NCBI GenBank assembly: GCA_963806225.1
Contig: CAWDXG010000004.1
Location: 3,360,001 to 3,424,000, forward strand
Direction of reading: 5' to 3'
DNA length: 64,000 nt
From: an uncultured delta proteobacterium
GTDB lineage: Bacteria > Myxococcota_A > Polyangia > Polyangiales > Polyangiaceae
The first letter of the stretch is position 1. Each line of letters begins with the position of its first letter. Below the pieces are notes generated by a model. The model did not search any database and was not told the DNA's origin. It worked only from the letters and a program-made list of their open reading frames with translations. Shown here one piece after another: positions 62,135 through 64,000 of the stretch. The translations under genes were made by a program, and so were the position numbers.

Positions 62135-62944
62135 GCCTGCGTTGTCGGCTCTTCGATCGGCCACACGTCGCCCCAGAGCGAGCCGCCGCCGTCGATGTAG
62201 TACGTGGAGCCCGTCACGAAGTCGTTCTGGTCACTCGCGAGGAACACGATCACGCGGCTGACCTCTTCGACCGTGCCCAGCCGCTTGAGCGGCGTGGCGC
62301 GCCGCGACAGCTCGAGCGCGTCGTCGCCGTACTGGGCGGTGCCGCTGGAGCGGATCGTACCCGGCGCGCAGGCGTTGACGCGGATGCCGTGGGTCGCCCA
62401 CTCCACGGCGAGGGTCTTCGTCATGTTCTCGACGCCGGCCCGCGCCGCGCCGGTGTGGACCATGCCCGGAAAGCCCCGCGCGATGTCGGCGATCACGTTC
62501 ACGATGCGCCCGCGCTTCGCCGGTATCATCGCCAGATTGGCGGTTGCGTGGGTCATGTAGAAAAGCCCGTTGAGGTTGTTCTTGATGACCGCATCGCAAG
62601 CCACGCGGTGAAAGCAGGTGCGCAGGGCTGGGGAACTGGCCGCCCGCGTTGTTGATCAGGATATCGACCTTGCCGAAGCGCTCGAGCACCTGGTTCACGA
62701 AGCCGGCGCAGGCGTCGTAGTCGCGGATGTCGAGCGTGAACCCGGCCGCCTCGCCGCCCAGCTCCTCGAGCGACTGGACGCCGGCATCGATGTTCTCCTG
62801 CTTGCGGCTGCCGATCGCGACGCGCGCGCCGAGCCAGCAGAGCTCGCGGGCCGTGGCCAGGCCGATGCCAGTTCCGCCGCCGGTGACGATCGCGACCTGG
62901 CCCTCGAACAGCCCTCTTTCGTAGATGCTGAGGTAGTCCGCCAC
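62131..62944 (-). CDS. SDR oxidoreductase (trans-2-enoyl/dienoyl-CoA reductase-like), frameshift near 62605
   Basis: TGGGTGIG, NNAGGQF, HTGAARAGV, LAVEWA, DGG. Confidence 0.88.
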
Positions 62945-62997
62945 GGCCGGTCAGTACAACGACCGCGCGCCCGGCGCCACTCGGCTGATGGCTCGGT

Positions 62998-63525
62998 TCA
63001 GGCCACGTCGGCCTGGGGACCGGCATAGGCCAGAGGCTGGGCAGGAACGCGCCGGACCACGCCGGACGCCGGTGCCTCGACCTTCTCTGCGTCGGCGAAG
63101 CGCACGAGCACCTGGACGCGCGAGCTATCCAGCTGGGACATGAGCGTCCCGGCGAGTGCCAGCAGCTCGTGGCGTCCCGCGTCGGACAACGTCGAGGGCA
63201 CCTCGAACACGAGCCGCGGCTCGTGCGCAGCGCTCATCCCGCGCAACATCGCGCGAGCCATGAGGCAGCGCGACGTGAACACGTCGTCGTCGGTCGCGTC
63301 GCTGGCCACGAATACGCCGGCCTCGAGCGGCGTCCCCTGGCGGGTCAGCCGCTCGATTCTACGAGCCACCCGGAGCGCGAGCTCCGCCGGCGTCTCGTCG
63401 TGCTGCTGCGCCACCACGGCCCGCAGGCACGCGTCGCAGATCCCGTTCTGGTCGAGCGCCTGCAGGGGCGGGACCCCCTGCTCCACGACCACGATGCACG
63501 CCCCCCTGTCCTGCTGTTCGTTCAT
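62998..63525 (-). CDS. Hypothetical protein
   Basis: RBS GAGGTGGGGG; clean ORF. Confidence 0.65.
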   Translation of the reverse strand: MNEQQDRGACIVVVEQGVPPLQALDQNGICDACLRAVVAQQHDETPAELALRVARRIERLTRQGTPLEAGVFVASDATDDDVFTSRCLMARAMLRGMSAAHEPRLVFEVPSTLSDAGRHELLALAGTLMSQLDSSRVQVLVRFADAEKVEAPASGVVRRVPAQPLAYAGPQADVA

Positions 63526-63566
63526 TCGCTTGCCCCCACCTCACTGCGTTCAGCACTGGGCGCCCC

Positions 63567-63583
63567 TGCAGCATCCGTGCCTG
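63567..63583 (-). promoter_or_regulatory. Putative sigma-54 promoter
   Basis: Minus strand CAGGCACGGATGCTGCA, GG-N10-GC, about 40 nt upstream of the ATG at 63525. Confidence 0.45.
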
Positions 63584-63739
63584 CAAGCCATTGAAGAGAT
63601 TCGGGAAAAAAAGCACTGCACGTGGTTGGGCTGCCACCGTTTCGACACGTGGCGGAACGCCACGATGGTTCGTTTCTGCCCCACGTCGCGGGGCCCTGCG
63701 CAGCACCCTTGGCCATTCTAGCATTTCTTTATCGGAAAA

Positions 63740-63999
63740 GTGCACAATACTTTTCCCGCCGTCGCCGGCGAGCTGGCCGGACCGTCGCCCGGCGCGGTCG
63801 TGGCCCGCGCGCTGGAGACATTCGCGCACGACGTCGCCATCAGCTTCAGCGGGGCCGAGGACGTGCAGCTCGTCGAGTACGCGCAGCAGAGCGGGCGTCC
63901 GTTCCGGGTTCGGCAGCGAGCCCTGCACCCGCGCGGTGCTGCCCGGCCCAACACGAGCGCGACGGTCGCGGGTGGTGGGGGCACGCCGCCGACAAGTAA
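63740..63999 (+). pseudogene. cysH: APS/PAPS reductase relic with a large internal deletion
   Basis: VAISFSGAEDV..GRPFRV joined directly to GSEPCTRAVLPG..HERDGR.WW. Confidence 0.75.
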
Positions 64000-64000
64000 T

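Overview
High-GC bacterial chromosomal window, most consistent with Myxococcota (Polyangiaceae-like). The lineage call is inference from AgmX/PglI, PEGA and FHA proteins, a Ser/Thr kinase, many Cys-rich lipoproteins and a T3SS-type ATPase. Most of the window is core genes: ffh, thiO, purM-purN, rsmD, truA, an spt-like gene, trpE, dnaJ, aguB-aguA and tsaD, plus an 8 kb lipid-linked glycosylation cluster. Frameshifts cluster in patches and look like long-read consensus errors. The notable accessory structures are: (1) an integrase-less mosaic next to tRNA-Leu(TAG), with a duplicated tRNA 3' half (att), in which three antitoxins are full-length while all four toxin remnants are truncated; (2) a 21.5-copy 51-bp tandem array with a diverged second locus 10 kb away; (3) an AT-rich perfect palindrome with 18-bp arms and a nested 126-bp palindrome; (4) a DNA methyltransferase coupled to a small PD-(D/E)XK nuclease; (5) an orphan FliI/YscN ATPase; (6) a cysH relic with a large internal deletion. 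There is no CRISPR array. All family calls come from reading motifs, not from database searches, and I cannot establish that any of these is an undescribed system.
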